A stretch of 64,000 nucleotides of DNA, taken from contig NC_086097.1 in assembly GCF_963921235.1 (NCBI RefSeq), forward strand, positions 230,022,001 to 230,086,000. The letters run 5' to 3'. Source of the DNA: Mobula hypostoma. Lineage: Eukaryota. Each line of letters opens with the position of its first letter. Within the stretch, counting starts at the first letter, position 1. Of the stretch, positions 12,139-25,951 are shown piece by piece. The translations under genes and the position numbers were made by a program. Below the pieces are notes generated by a model. The model was not told the DNA's origin and made no database searches. It saw nothing but the letters and a program-made list of their open reading frames with translations.

Positions 12139-13279
12139 ATTAACCTTCAAAGTAATTCACTGGCTGTGGTTGCTGAATTAAGTTAAAATCTTTGGTAGTT
12201 TAGAAGAGAAACGTAGTTTTAAATTTTGTGTAAAAGGTAAATGCACTTATAGATTAATCATTAACTAACTAAACAGTGAAAAATATCTGAAGGACTTAAC
12301 CCAGTACTGCAAATAAGTAGATCAATTCAAATGTCCCAATGCAATTACCCCAAACATTCTGGATATATTTACATGAATAACCAAATTCAGTAAATGGATC
12401 TTTACATCACCCTTTACAAAATGGTCACAGAGGGGAAAGCCAGCATACATGACAGTAATTAGGTTTGATATATCACAGCAGTGAATACAAACCAGGAATG
12501 ATGCCACAAAATAAGAGAACAAAACTAAAGCCTTGTTAATTCTGGCTGAGGAGAGAGAGAGAGAGAGAGAAAAAAAAAACAGAATTCCAGCTGTATAGGC
12601 ATTCATTCTTCACAGATCTAAGCCACAATTTCCATCACCCTGTTTATCCTGGAGCTGGCAAAAAGCTGATTCTCCTTCCACATCAAGTGGATGGAGGTCT
12701 GATGAACTCCAGACTGGAACCTCTTTCATTTTAAATTTTATAAAATAATCAGAATGGAGGGAGGAGATTGCTTCCTGATGTTTAATTAAGAATGTTGCAG
12801 AATGCTGGAATGGTCTCAAGAATCTGCTGACAAGTTTGTAAGTAAGGAAGTAAACAAGCAGTTCAGAATAGAAAAGAGGTGAGTTCAAACATTTCGATGA
12901 AAATCAATAAATTTACTCAGGAAACAGTCATAAATCCAGTCAAGGTCAGTGCTGGTCAAAATAAATAGCTCTCCAAACTAATTCCATCTTCCAGCATATT
13001 GTCCACAGCGCCAGTTCTTTAAGTACACGTACGATGTATTATTTAAATCTGATTGCCTTTAACATCCTTCCTTGCCGGTGAGTTCCACAGCCTAATCTCT
13101 TGGGTGAAATTTATGCTCATTCCCCTTTTAAACTCTCTCATGGATTCTAACCACTCTCTTAAGGTAAATAAGGAAGGACTTCTTTCCTTTATCTAGGCCT
13201 CTTACATTCATGTACCTTAAATCCCCCGTCAGCCTTTCATTCTAAGGAAACTTACTTTAGCCAGCCCTCCTCATAGCTA

Positions 13280-13620
13280 TACACACAAAATGCTGGAGGA
13301 ACTCAGCAGGCCAGGCAGCATCTATGGAAAAAGAGTAAACAGTTGACGTTTTGGGCCGAGACCCTTCAACATGACTGGGGGAAATAAAAGATTAGAAGTC
13401 AGAGTAAGAAGGTGGGGGAGAAGGAGAGGAAATAGTACAAGGTAGTAGATGATAAATGAAACCGGGAGAGGGGGAGGAGGTGAAGTTAAGAGCTGGGAAG
13501 TTGATTGGTGAAAGAGATAAAGGGCAAGAGAAGGGGGAATCTGATAGGAAAGGACAGAAGACCATGGAATAAAGGGAAGGAGGAGGAGCACCAGAGGGAG
13601 GTGATGGGCAGAGGAGACGA
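13280..13620 (-). mobile_element. PLE pLTR/3' fragment (older subfamily; ribozyme core decayed)
   Basis: ACACACAAAATGCTGGAGGAACTCAGCAGGCCAGGCAGCATCT end; core now reads ATGTTGA...AAAAC. Confidence 0.7.
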
Positions 13621-13672
13621 GAGAGACAGAGATAGACAGACAGATAGATATAGACAGACAGACAGACAGACA
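13620..13672. repeat. (GACA/GATA)n microsatellite
   Basis: Direct reading of the sequence. Confidence 0.85.
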
Positions 13673-14019
13673 AGGGGGTAGGACTACTACCTGCTCATAG
13701 CTACGGTTTTCCAGACCCGGCAAACTGCTCAAATCGTCTGCCCGCTCTCCAATGCAAACATTTTGTGCTTAATGTGACGAGCAGGATCCTATGTGTTATC
13801 TACGATGTGGCTTAACCAGTGTTATGCACAGTTTTTGCATTCCCTCTTTGCTCTTACATCCTACACCATGGCTAGTAAAGGATAGTCAGAGTTATACAGT
13901 ACAAAAATAGGCCCTTTGGCCCAGTATATCCAAGTCAACCTTTTTGTCCATCTATGCTAATCCTACTTGCCTGCAGCAAGTCGAAATCCTTCTGCACCCT
14001 GTTTATTGATGCACAGTAA

Positions 14020-15075
14020 TCTTATCCAAGAAAGAGTGAAATTGGGTAACTGTGAAGTGCTGCATTTTGAGAAGTCAAACCAAGGTGGACATTGGGGAGT
14101 GCTGTGGAACAGAGGGAGATGAGGAGTAGTAGTTTGTTGAAAGCGGATATTGTGGTAAATGCAGTGTCTGGCATACAAGCCTTCAGCCAGGGCATGGAAA
14201 ATTATCTTCTTCGACCCTTTGCTCCCAGTGGAGTGTAGGTCATTGATGAGTTCATCAATATTTCTGTCATACATTGGATCCACTCTACAGGGGTTTGGCC
14301 TATACAGATTCATCAGAGCCCTGCTGGCCAGCCTTACCCGTTTCCACCTCGAACAACAGGGCTGCAGGATTGGACTTTCAGAGGTGCATGGAACATAGGA
14401 GTCAGGATGTAATGGTACAGTTGAACAAGACGTTGGTGAGACCGCACTTGGAGTATTGTGCGAGGTTTTGATTGCCCTATTATCAGAAAACTATCATCAC
14501 ACTGGAAAGAGTGCAGAGTTATGAGGATGCTGCCAGAGCTCACGGGCCAGAGTTATAGGGATAGGTCGGCCAGGTTAGGATTATTCTTTCGTGGCGACCT
14601 AACAGAATCATGAGGGGCATAGACAGATAAAGCGAAAGCTTTTGTTTATTATCCAGGGAAGGGGAACCAAAAAAATACCTAGACATCACAGGTTTAAGGT
14701 GAGAAGTGAAAGATTTGAAAGGGACCTGAGGGGTTAACTATTCATACAAAAGGGTGGTGCACGTATGAAATAAGGTGGTCAAGGCAGGTGTAAAGTTGGG
14801 ACTACAACTAGGTTAAGGGTGAAAGGTGAAAAGTTCAGAGGAACATGAGGGGAAACTCCTTCACTCAGCGGGTGGTGAGAGTGTGGAACAAGCTGCCAGC
14901 AGATGTGAGCTTGCTTTCAATGTTTGAGAAGTTTGGATATGTACATGGATGATAGGGGTATGGAAGGCTATGGTACTCCTGTAGGCTGATGGGAGTAGGC
15001 AGATTAAATGGCTCGGCACAGAGTATATGGGCTGCAGGGCCTGTTTCTGCGCCATGCTATTCTATGACTATGACC
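14020..15075 (+). mobile_element. Cluster of decayed CR1 3' fragments
   Basis: KTLVRPHLEYC motif (ORF 14274-14471); CR1-type 3' ends near 15040-15075. Confidence 0.7.
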
Positions 15076-16007
15076 AACAACATTCAAGAATGCATTTATA
15101 CAGGTACATGGATAGGAGGAGTTGAGAGAGGTATGGCACCAGCTTGGTTGGTGTGGATGGGTTCTGCCAAGGGCTCATTTATGTGCTGTAATACTCTTTA
15201 CTCCTCAAAACTACAATGTTTCTAAGGCAAATACATCTTCTAGCTTTTTAAATCACACTGACTTGTCTTTCTACCTTTGAAGAATCTATATAGAAACTCC
15301 ATATTCATTCCATTCACCCCATAATATTTGGTATCCTCGCATTTATTGTGCATTCATTTGCCTTGTGCACCACCCCATACACTTTCCCTGATCAACTTCC
15401 ACATGTAATTTTTTTTCCTGTCCAAATGACCTGGCCATCTGTATATTCCTGCAGTCCAGGTTTTCTTCCATATTGTCAACCACATGGCCAATTATTTTAA
15501 CCTTCTTTAACATGATCCCAAAATTTTAAAAAAATTATACATATTGTACATGTGTTACAAAGAGCAAGGGTCAATGTTTTAAACCCTAAGGAATCTTACT
15601 GATCACATTATTCGAATCATAAACACCCTTCAAGCACAATGGTTTGGCAAATTGGATATTAAGAAGAAGGACCTAATTTTCCAACTCTATGAGATTCCAC
15701 ACTTTTAATGACTTGTTTGCCATGTGGCACTTTGTCTAAAGCCTTGATAAAATCTATTTAGACAAGAAACACGGCCACGTATCCTCCATGTTACTTTCTC
15801 AGAGTTTCATCAAAATTATCAGTCAGAAACTTTCCTCAATTCTACTGACTATCCTTGATTAATCAGTCTATTTTGAAATATTCTTTAAAATGGATTCCAA
15901 TAACAAATTAAAATTAAGCAAACTACTTGGTTTATCAGTCCATGTTTAGACACAAGTCATCCTTAGCAAACCCCAGGTAACACTTCTGTAGCCAAAGCCT
16001 GAAAAAT

Positions 16008-18022
16008 TATACAGCCTCTGCAGCTGCCTGTGGTAATAAATTCCACAAATTCACCACCCTCTGCCTAAAGAAATTTCTCTGCACCTCTGTTTTAAATAGA
16101 TGCCCCTCTATCCTGAAGCTGTGCTCTCTTGTCCTAGACACCCCCACCATGGGAAACATCCTTTCCACATCTACTCTGTCTAGGCCTTTCAACATTCGAA
16201 AGGTTTCAATGAGATTCCCCCTCATCAATCCTTCTAAATTCCAGTGAATACAGACCAGAACTATCAAAAGTTCCTCATATGATAAACTTCTCATTCCTGA
16301 AATCATCCTTGTGAACCTCCCCTGAAACCTCTCCAATGCTAGCATATCTCCTCTCAGATAAAGAGCCTAAGACTATTCACAATACTCAAGGAGAGGCCTC
16401 ACCATTGCCCTATAAAGCCTCAGCATCACATCTCTGCTCTTGTATTCTAGATCTCTTGAAATGAATGCTAACATTACATTGCATTCCTTACCACTGACTC
16501 AACCTGCAAGTTAAACTTTAGGGTGTTCTGTACAAAGACTCCCAAATCTCAGAGTTTTTGATTTTCTCCACATTCAGCAAAGAGTCAGTACATTTACTTC
16601 TGCTACCAAAGTGCACAACCATGCATTTTGCAACATTGTATTTCATTTGCCACTTTGTCATACTCCTAATCTGTCTAAGTCCTTCTGCAGCCTAACTGTT
16701 TCCTCAACACTGCCTGCCCCTCCACCAATCTTTGCATGGTCTGCAAACTTGGCAACAAACCATCTATTCCATTAACTAAATCAGTGATATACAGCATAAA
16801 AAGCAGCTCCAACAATGACCCCTGCAGAACACCGCTAGACATTGGCAGCCCACCAGAAAAGGATCCTTTTATTCCCACTCGCTGCCTCCTACCAATCAGC
16901 CAATGCTCTAACCATGCCAGTAACTTTCCTGCAATACCTTGGGCTTTTAACTTGGTAAGCAGCCTCACGTGTGGCACCTTGTCAAAAGCCTTCTGAAAGT
17001 CCAAATATGCAACATCCACTACACCCCCTTTATCTATCCTACGTGTAATCTCAAATAATTCCAACTGGTTCATCAGGCAATATTTTCCCCTTAAGGAAAC
17101 ATTACTGACTTTGTCCTATCTTGTCCTGTGTCAATACTCCATAACCGCATCCTTAACAATTGACTCCAACCTCTTTCCAGCCACTGAGGTCAGGTTAACC
17201 AGTCAATAATTTTCCTTTCTGCTGCCTTCCTCCTTTAAAGAGTGAGGTGATATTTTCAATTCTCCTGTACTCTGGCACCATGTCAAAGTCTAATGATTTT
17301 CGAAAGATCATTACCAATGCCTCCACAATCTCTACCACTACCTCTTTCAGAACCCTAAGGTGCAGTTCATCTGGTCCAGGTGACTTATGTACCCTTAGGT
17401 CTTGCAGCTTTTTGAATACATTCTCCCTTATACTCACTTCTCTTCCCTCGCACCCTTCAATATCTGGCACACAGTGAAGCCTGATGCAAAATACTCATTC
17501 AATTCACCTGCCATCTCCTTGTCCCCTGTTATTATTTCTCCAGCCTCATTTTCTACGGTCCTATAACTACTCTCATCTCACTTCTATTTTTTTCTTAGAT
17601 ACTTGAAAAAGCTTTACTCTATCCACTTTGATATTGTCTGCTAGCTTGCTTTCATATTTCACCTTTTCCCTCCTAATGAATCTTTTAGGTTGCTCTCTGT
17701 AGGTTTTTAAAAGCTTCACAATCCTCTATCTTGCCATTAATTTTTGTGGCATCGTATACCCTCTCTTTTGTTTTTACATTAGCTTTGACTTCCTTTGTCA
17801 GCCACAGTTGTACTCTTTTGCCATTTGAGTATTTCTTCATTTTTGGAATACATCTTCCTCATTTTCCTCCAGAAACTCACCACATTACTGCTCTGCCGAC
17901 ATCCCTGCCAGCATCTCCTTCCAATTTACTTTGGCCGACTCCTCTCATCCCACTGTAATTTCCTTTACTCCAGTGAAATACTGCTACGCCAGACTTTACT
18001 TGCTCCCTATCCAGTTTCAAGT
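16008..18022 (-). mobile_element. Truncated CR1 ORF2 (RT) copy within older CR1 remnants (~15230-18620)
   Basis: ORFs 17195-17470 (KSPGPDELH), 16675-17073 (LDFQKAFDKV) and 16007-16345 (RNFFRQRVVNLWN). Confidence 0.9.
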
Positions 18023-19859
18023 TGGTAGTCCTAAGATGGGCCTTTTCAAAGATAATAAATGACTCAGCCCTTCTGTCACATTTCTCACATCTAACATTTT
18101 AAATTTATTCATGTTAACAATGACATTGTCAATATTCCCTTTAAGACAGTTGCAATAAAATCAGGAACCTTCCTTTTCTAATTTGGTCTACTCTATCTTT
18201 AGTTATCATCTTGCACTTAAAACAGTTTTGAAATTTCCTTCATTTTACTTTTACCACATTCCCCATTTTCCTTTTAATTACTCTTCCACACTTCCTCTTC
18301 TAAGCTTTCTGATCTACAAATCTCTTGAGGTTATGGTTCCCATCCTTGGCTTTAAGTTATCTTCTATGCATATATTTCTGGAAGTTAGATTTATTTTGCA
18401 AAACATTATATAGTTTATTTATTCCTCAAGTGCCTCCATTGCTCAAAGACCAATTTACCTTCGATATGCTGTTTCCAGTCCATTTACACTTTAATCACTT
18501 TAGTTTAGCAAAATTGATCTTCCCACTTTGAAATTTTATTCCTGTTTTACCTTTGTGCTTTTCCTAAATTAACTAAATGCTGATTTCCAACAAACTAAAA
18601 TGTACTCCCACTGATAATTCCTAATGTAGAAACATCTTTTTGCTCCCGTCATAACACAATCCCCCGTGATTATCGCTCCTTTGACTTTTCTCCTTCTGTC
18701 TCTAAAAAGCTGAGCTTCCCATAATGCTCTGTCCTTGGTGGCCCTGACAGCCCAAAGAAAGCCTCTCCATCAGTGCTCAGAGCAGAATATAAATGATACA
18801 CCTTAAATAGCAAACACTTCAAGTTAACATCTTGAGGTTGCGTCTGTGACCAGACTTTGCATAAATTTTTCAGTTTTGCTGTTTCACCAAGGGAGAGTAA
18901 TTATAAGATGACAAATTTACACCAGCAGTTATGTTATCAATATGTACAGATACAATTGAAAAGCTGTAGAGGAAGTAAATTCTTTCAGACCAGAAGTAAC
19001 ATATTAAATATAGTTTAGATATATTAAAAGATTTCTTCATTTACACACACACACACAATATAAAATAACTTGTACCGTGCCCTATCATTCGTTATCTTTT
19101 TCTGCTGCAATTTTTAGAAATCAATTTTCAGCATCGACAAACACAACTTAAACTAGAAAAACATGTTTTATAGATATTCTGATCTTTACTGTGAGAAAAA
19201 ATATTGCCAACGAAAACATGACCTAATGATATTAGACATTGATCTGGATAGAAGGCAGGCAAGATTTAATAGCAGACTTATCCAGTTCATTTGAGTTGTG
19301 GTCAGGATAAGAATCCCTGGTAACAGAGTCAAAACGGATGCTGCTCCTTTGAACTGGGGTACCTGTACTTTGTTAATGCTGTTCTTTTGATTGCATCTTC
19401 TGAAGGGAGAAGTGACCGAGATGCGGTTCCAGATGTATAAATATTGGCTACGTTTTTTCTCAGTTTCAACGCCCAACAGCACAGACACTTAACCCTAATG
19501 ACCGTCTGCATTTTAAGCTATTTGCCATATTTCTGCCAATTCTCTCAGTACCTCTGTAGCTTGGTGCCGTCAACCACACTGCTTACAGATACCGCACACG
19601 CCAACACCATCCGCTGGGATTGAAAACCTCAGTAACATTGAGGTCAATGAAACCTTGAACTTACCCAAGGAATAAAGGCCTCTAAAAGGGAGCTCTCGAG
19701 TGTTAAAAGTATGAATAATTATTAATAACTAGAATTATTATGAGAGTTGTGGACTTGGACAAATGAAAAATGATAGCTACAATGAGCAGCTATAAGGAAA
19801 AGGATCACATCTGCATAGTGGCAGGTCAGGATAAAAGACAAGTCGGGAGTACCACAGAT

Positions 19860-20469
19860 CATTGAGTGTAGGAGTTGGGATGTAATGTTGAATTTGTACA
19901 AGGCATTGGTAAGGCCAAATCTGGAGTATTGTGTACAGTTCTGGTCACCGAATTATAGGAAGGATGTCAATAAAATTGAGAGAGTACAGAGGAGGTTTAC
20001 TAAAATGTTGCCTGGGTTTCATCACCTAAGTTACAGAGAAAGGTTGGACAAGTTAGGTCTTTATTCTTTGGAGCGTAGAAGGTTGAGGGGAGACTTGATA
20101 GAGGTGTTTAAAATTATGAGGGGGATTGATAGGGTTGACGTGGTTAGACTTTTTCCATTGAGAGTGAGGAAGATTCAAACAATTGGGCATGGGTTGAGAA
20201 TTAGAGGACAAAAGTTTAGGGGTATCATGAGGGGGATCTTCTTTACTCAGAGGGTGGTAGTTGTGTGGAATGAGCTTCCAGCAGAAGTGGTTGAGGCAGG
20301 TTCAATGTTGTCGTTTAAAGTTAAATTGGATAGATATATGGACAGGAAAGGAATGGAGAGCTATGGGCTGAGGGCACGTCAGTGGGAATAGGATAGGGTA
20401 AGAGTTCGGCACGGACTTGAAGGGCCGAGATGGCCTGTTTCCGTGCTGTAATTGTTATATGGTTATATG
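19860..20469 (+). mobile_element. 5'-truncated CR1 3' end
   Basis: ORF 19885-20391 LYKALVRPNLEYCVQFWSP..FFTQRVVVVWNELP; GTTATATG repeat tail. Confidence 0.9.
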
Positions 20470-23400
20470 TGTATGGTAGTTGACAACATTTCATCCTCAC
20501 AATGTGAATTCATGGAATGGCTTTACCATCAAATCCAATGTTGTTATGCTGTGGCTAAAGCAATATTGACTAAGTTTGTGAATAAAGCAGCCTAATAAGC
20601 TGTTCCCATGCCATATATGTACAGCACATTCCAAAGAAAAGGACATGAAATGGATTTTCACGCAAAAAATAGCTCTATTATTCCCACATTAGATGAAAAC
20701 ACTTCAGCTAATATCCATGGCCTGGGGCAGAAGCAGCTGCTGAACTGGCTCCTCAGAAGAGTTTGGCAATTCACAATACTTCAACTACGCCCCTGGTATT
20801 TTCACCATCTAAATCATATCTAAAAAGATGCTCCACTGAATATATTTGCTGGTTGGAAATAAAACCTTGTGCAAAGACTACCTGTTCATCTGAAATGTAG
20901 ATTTGAAAGCTACCCTTTTCATCGGCATGAAATGTTTTGATTTTGCAGGCCAAGTACAATTTTGTAACCTTGAGGACAGAAAACAAAATTATTCAAAATT
21001 CAACACGCATTAGCACAGCTGCTCAGTCAGACCACAGAAGATATTGGGCTTGAGAAAGTGCATTGCTGGGTCTGCAGAATTCCTCCTGGGCTGATTCAGA
21101 ACACAGCTCTGCACCTCTAACCCTGAGCCTGCTGAGAAAATATTTGACATGGAGTTGTTGAGTAATAACATTAAAAAAAAAGACCTTCAGGGAACATGGA
21201 AAAAGTATTTATCAGCAGCCTCTGATCATGAGGAATGCTTCTGACAAAACATCTTGTGATTTCTTTGGCAATAGTTGTTCCCTTTGCCAAAACCCACCAT
21301 TATCAAGAGCCTCTCCAGAGGGATTATTGAATTCAGTGGATGGTATGCTATCTAAATAGCACTTTAAATAATTCACACAACCTGAACACCAGAAAAGAGA
21401 GAACAATTTGATTGTAATTAACAAATTATGAAGTTCTAAGACTAAAGTTCTACGATTTAAACAATTGAAATTTAAGTCTGCAAAATAATTGCAAACCCTT
21501 TAATTTAAAATATTCAAAAGGAATCAAAGATGTACACAAATATAGTTTATTTTAGGGTCAGTCAGATGGTTAGCAGTGACTTGGAATGACAATAAAATGT
21601 CGATTTTGTAATTTAGCACAAAATTCTCACGGCATTTTAAAACTGGGCATAAATATCTTGAATTGTGGCAAGTCGTAATTTCCTTTGATTGTGGTGAAGA
21701 CTGTTTGTGCTCGAAATTTATGGAAGAACATAATGTAAGGACTTCCACATCAAATAAGCCATGCATGGGAATCCCAAATTCACTGCCAATTTGCGAAGGC
21801 TAGTAGTTTTACATTGTAAAACCCGGGCTATTGTGCTTGATAAGTCTACTTGGTAAGAGGTAAGTTTGGGGTGGGGGGCAGGAATCAATAGCTGAAACAA
21901 ATATGAACTGTTCGAAAAAATATTTGATGAGAAAAACTGAAAATTAAAAGTTAGGCAGTATTCATTCTCATGGTTTAGAGGACTTACTAACAAGCCGAGA
22001 GTAGAAGGAAGAAACAGATTTGTGAACTGAACCTTTAGAATACCAATGTAACCAAGTCTTCCAAAATAATTCTGCTTTTCTAGTTTCCTTCCCCTTATGC
22101 AAGTGACACATATTCAATGCTTTATGCTTCTCTTATGCAGACTCTTTGTATGCTCCACTTAGTTTGAATGTACATAGAACACTGATAATCTATCTAGTTT
22201 TTCTCATTCTGTAATTACTCTATAAGAGTTAAGCAAGTTTAAAGATTGGCTGGCAATTAGGCACAACTGACTGTCAAAGATTAAGGATTTTGAAAGCTTC
22301 AGTATAATTTTGTTCAGAAACATTCAAAAACAATTAAAAGAATGAAAATTAAAGACTTCCATTACTTAAATCGCAATACTTTAAGCAAGTCAGAAGAACG
22401 AGTAAATTACTTTGTGAATTATGCTCTACCTCATCACTGTTCCCTCCATTCAAATGAGTGCGTTCACAGGGTCTGGACATCGGCTGGAAAATTCCAGCAA
22501 GCAATTCAGCAACTGCAGCTCAACTCTTGGACTCTGAGTTCCACATTGGAGTGCAGATGAGTAACTACGCTAGAGCTGAGACAGCAAGCTTGGGTTTTTC
22601 CTATTCACACAAGAATCACACCCTTCCCGGCAGCTAAGAGTCATGAGTGCAGTAGTTCCATCCCATAAAATTACTGAGGGACTTGATGAGGTAAATGCTG
22701 GGAGGTAATTTTCCTCACTGGAGTCTACAGCTATGGGTCACAGTTTAAGAATAAAGGGTCAACCATTTAGGACAGAGACAAGGAGAGATTTCTTCTGCCA
22801 GGATCCAAAAGTTCATCCTTAAGGTACCCCACTGGCCAAAATATTCATGCAGTGGAAATACCTGAACGCAAGTTACATCTAGCAAGTGTATTTACTTGAA
22901 TGAAATGGAACAGCCATGAGGGTGAAGGTAATCAACAAGAACTTTAATCATATACAATTGTGAAAGGATAAAAACTCCGAACATTGAAGAGTAATAATGC
23001 TTTGACATACCTTACCCATACAAGCAGTTGATGTTCAGTTAAAATATAATAAATGTGGAATGGACATAGAAGATCTCCCATGATCACAGTGAACACAGAA
23101 TAGCTTTGTTCTCACCTTTTTTGAAAACAGAACATTTCTCCGTTCCATATTGACCTGAGCAACGCGTGTCCAGTCAAAGTTGTAAATGAATTTGACTCAT
23201 TGTCCCACTGTACTGTCACCCAATGACTGTTTTGCGCTTTTTTAATATTGCGCTCTGCTCATAACACAGAAGTGAGAGCTTAACCCTTGTTTACATCTTA
23301 GAATTGTATTTTTATATCCTTTGTCATAGAAACCTGATCCACTCTCAGAGCTTACAATTCCCACAAAGCATTATTAAGGATGCACTTCAGGATGTATATT

Positions 23401-23831
23401 GTATACATTTCTCTGTCATTAAATGTACCTATTTATTAATTTCTTAAATTACATATGGCATTCGTCCTATTAAACTTGGGTCAAAAATTTGTAATTTTCA
23501 CCTGCTTTTGTACTCTTCTACAGAGAGATTTTACAATTTTTTTAATAATCTTTTAATGTCAATCCAATTTTTTTACTGCCTCACTGTTTTATGTTGTTGT
23601 TTGCAGAGTTTAGTACACCAGTAGACACAGCATTTCACACACCGTTTAATCCCAGTGAAGACTGCTAACATTCACACAAATGCACAATGCCATTTAGATC
23701 TCTCATTTTGTTAAAATCACTTCCTGATTCACTCAGTATTTCCTTAAATATATTGTAAATTAATTGATTAAAAATCAATGCACAACAGTAATTGTGCAGT
23801 ACTTTGTTCAAATAGTGAAGAAACGATAAGG

Positions 23832-23990
23832 AACACACACAAAATGCTGGAGGACCTCAGCAGGCCAGGCAACATCTATGGAAAAAATGTACCTTCTTTT
23901 CCCCATAGATGCTGCCTGGCCTGCTGAGTTCCTCCAGCATTTTGTGTGTGTTGCTTGGATTTCCAGCATCTGCCCATTTTGTCTTGTCTG
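23832..23990. mobile_element. Short PLE-terminus fold-back (50-bp inverted arms plus one-sided tail)
   Basis: 23832-23881 is the near-perfect reverse complement of 23903-23952; the tail 23953-23990 is on one arm only. Confidence 0.8.
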
Positions 23991-25127
23991 TAATCTATAA
24001 GGAAGATGGTCCTCATTTGAATTCATCCTTAGAAAATCTGTTAGTGCTCTTTACATACATGAAGACAACAGACTACTGGAAAATTTGCTGTACCTACTTC
24101 AATTCCCAACATTCCTTTCAATCTGGCAATTCTAGGCTTGAAATATTCTCCATGTACGTTAGTATTTAGTTAACCACAAGGTTTGAAATAATTAAAAATT
24201 CTGTATTCCAAACAAAGTGCAGTCCTATTCAGTCAACCACCACCACAACAGTATTAAGTTTAAAGCAATGAGGAAAAAATGACCAGATAAATTTCTGTGC
24301 AGGACTATAACAGATTTAATTCTGCCAAGAGCTTCAGGACAACTGCTAATTATTTTAAAAAGTTGAAAAACAAGGGGGAAAAACCTATTGACATTTGTCA
24401 GAGATTTCAAGCATTTGCTCTTCGAGTGGATTGTGCAAGTGGCTTTTTTTTAAACTAGAAAGATAGTCATCCCTCAGTTGACCATGTATCAGGAGAATAG
24501 AAGTTGTCCTGTTCCTTATTCAGGTTCTTTAAATGCACTGACACACAACAAAAAAAATGCAAAGGAAAAACAAAAACAAAAATATTGTTAAATCTCACCC
24601 AGACAGGCATCATCTGTGACATGACCGGGACAGAAACCATTGCCTTGTTCTCTCAGTTGGATGTTAGAAGTAAACACCATTGTGAAAAGTGAAGGGGAGG
24701 GACAGAAAAATGAGACTCAAATTGATGAACTCCTGAGTATTACATATTCTATAAAGTATATTATAGTACTATTATTGCCGAAATATAAATCATAACATAC
24801 AATATACTCTCAAAGTGGATACTTCATCTACTTTACATTTCTTGAGGAATACACAGACAATTTCTATTAGTCTTCAAACAAAGTCATGAAGCGCTAATGC
24901 ATGGAAATAGGTCCTTCAGCTCAACAAGTCCATGCTAACTATGGTGTCCACCAAGGTAGTCCCAATTTCCTGCATTCAGCTCAATCATCACCCCTCTGTC
25001 CATCTATCCAAGTGTTCCTTAAATGATATTAATTGACCTGCCTCAGTCACTTCTTCTGGCATTTACTCACCATCCTGTTTGAAAAAGTTGCTCTTCAGGT
25101 CCTTTTGGAATCTCTCCTCTCACCCTA

Positions 25128-25871
25128 ACAGAATTAGGCCATTTGGCCCATTCCTTCATGGCTGATTCATTACTGGCTCAACCCCATCCTCCTGCCTTCT
25201 CTCCATAACCATTGATACCCTGATTAATTAATAGCCTATCGACATTCACTTTAAATATACCCAATAATAACTTCCACAGCCATCTGTGACACTGAATTCC
25301 ACAGATTCATTAACTTCTGGCTAAAGAAATTCTTCCTCATCTCTGTTCTAAATGGACACCCTCTGTTCTAAAGGCCGTGTCTAGTTCTAGACCCCCGCCC
25401 CACTATAGAAAACATTCTCTCCACATCTCGGTATTTCAATATTCAAAAGGTTTCAATGAGATCCTCTCTCATTCTTCTAAATTCCAGTGATCAAACACTC
25501 CTTATAACTTACCATTTTTATTCCAAGACTCATTCTCATGAACCTCCTCAGGAACCTCTCTAATGCCAGCACATGTTTTTCTGAGAGTGCATACAATACT
25601 CCAAATGTGGCCTGACCAATGCTTTATAAAGCCTCAGCATTACATTCTTGCTTCAGTACTCTACTGCTCTCGAAATGCATGCTAACATTGCATTTACCTT
25701 CCTTACCACCAACTCAATCTGCAAGATGACCTTTTGGGAATCCTGCATGAGGTCTCCCAGGTCTCTTTGCACTTCTGATTTTTGAATATTGTCCCCATTT
25801 AGAAAGTAGCCTACGTCTTTATTCCTTCCAGCAAAGAACATGACCATACACTTCCCTACACTATATTCCAT
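25128..25871 (-). mobile_element. Older CR1 (host 'A'), 3' part
   Basis: ORF 25653-25871 encodes a CR1 RT C-terminal segment; the sequence resumes at 32650 across TSD ATTCCAT. Confidence 0.85.
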
Positions 25872-25951
25872 AAGACCAAGGAGCAGAAGTCAGCCATTCG
25901 GCCCATCGAGTCTGCTCCGCCATTTTATCATGAGCTGATCCATTAGCACAT

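Noticed and set aside
13342..13378. Hammerhead-like motifs here and at ~41175, ~41620, ~43680, ~47535 and ~54005
   Set aside because: Core CUGANGA or GAAA nucleotides are mutated, so they are treated as decayed copies
19329..19511. 60-aa ORF resembling a targeting-peptide first exon
   Set aside because: Weak donor, and the nearest candidate downstream exon (~19076-19152) has stops in all three frames
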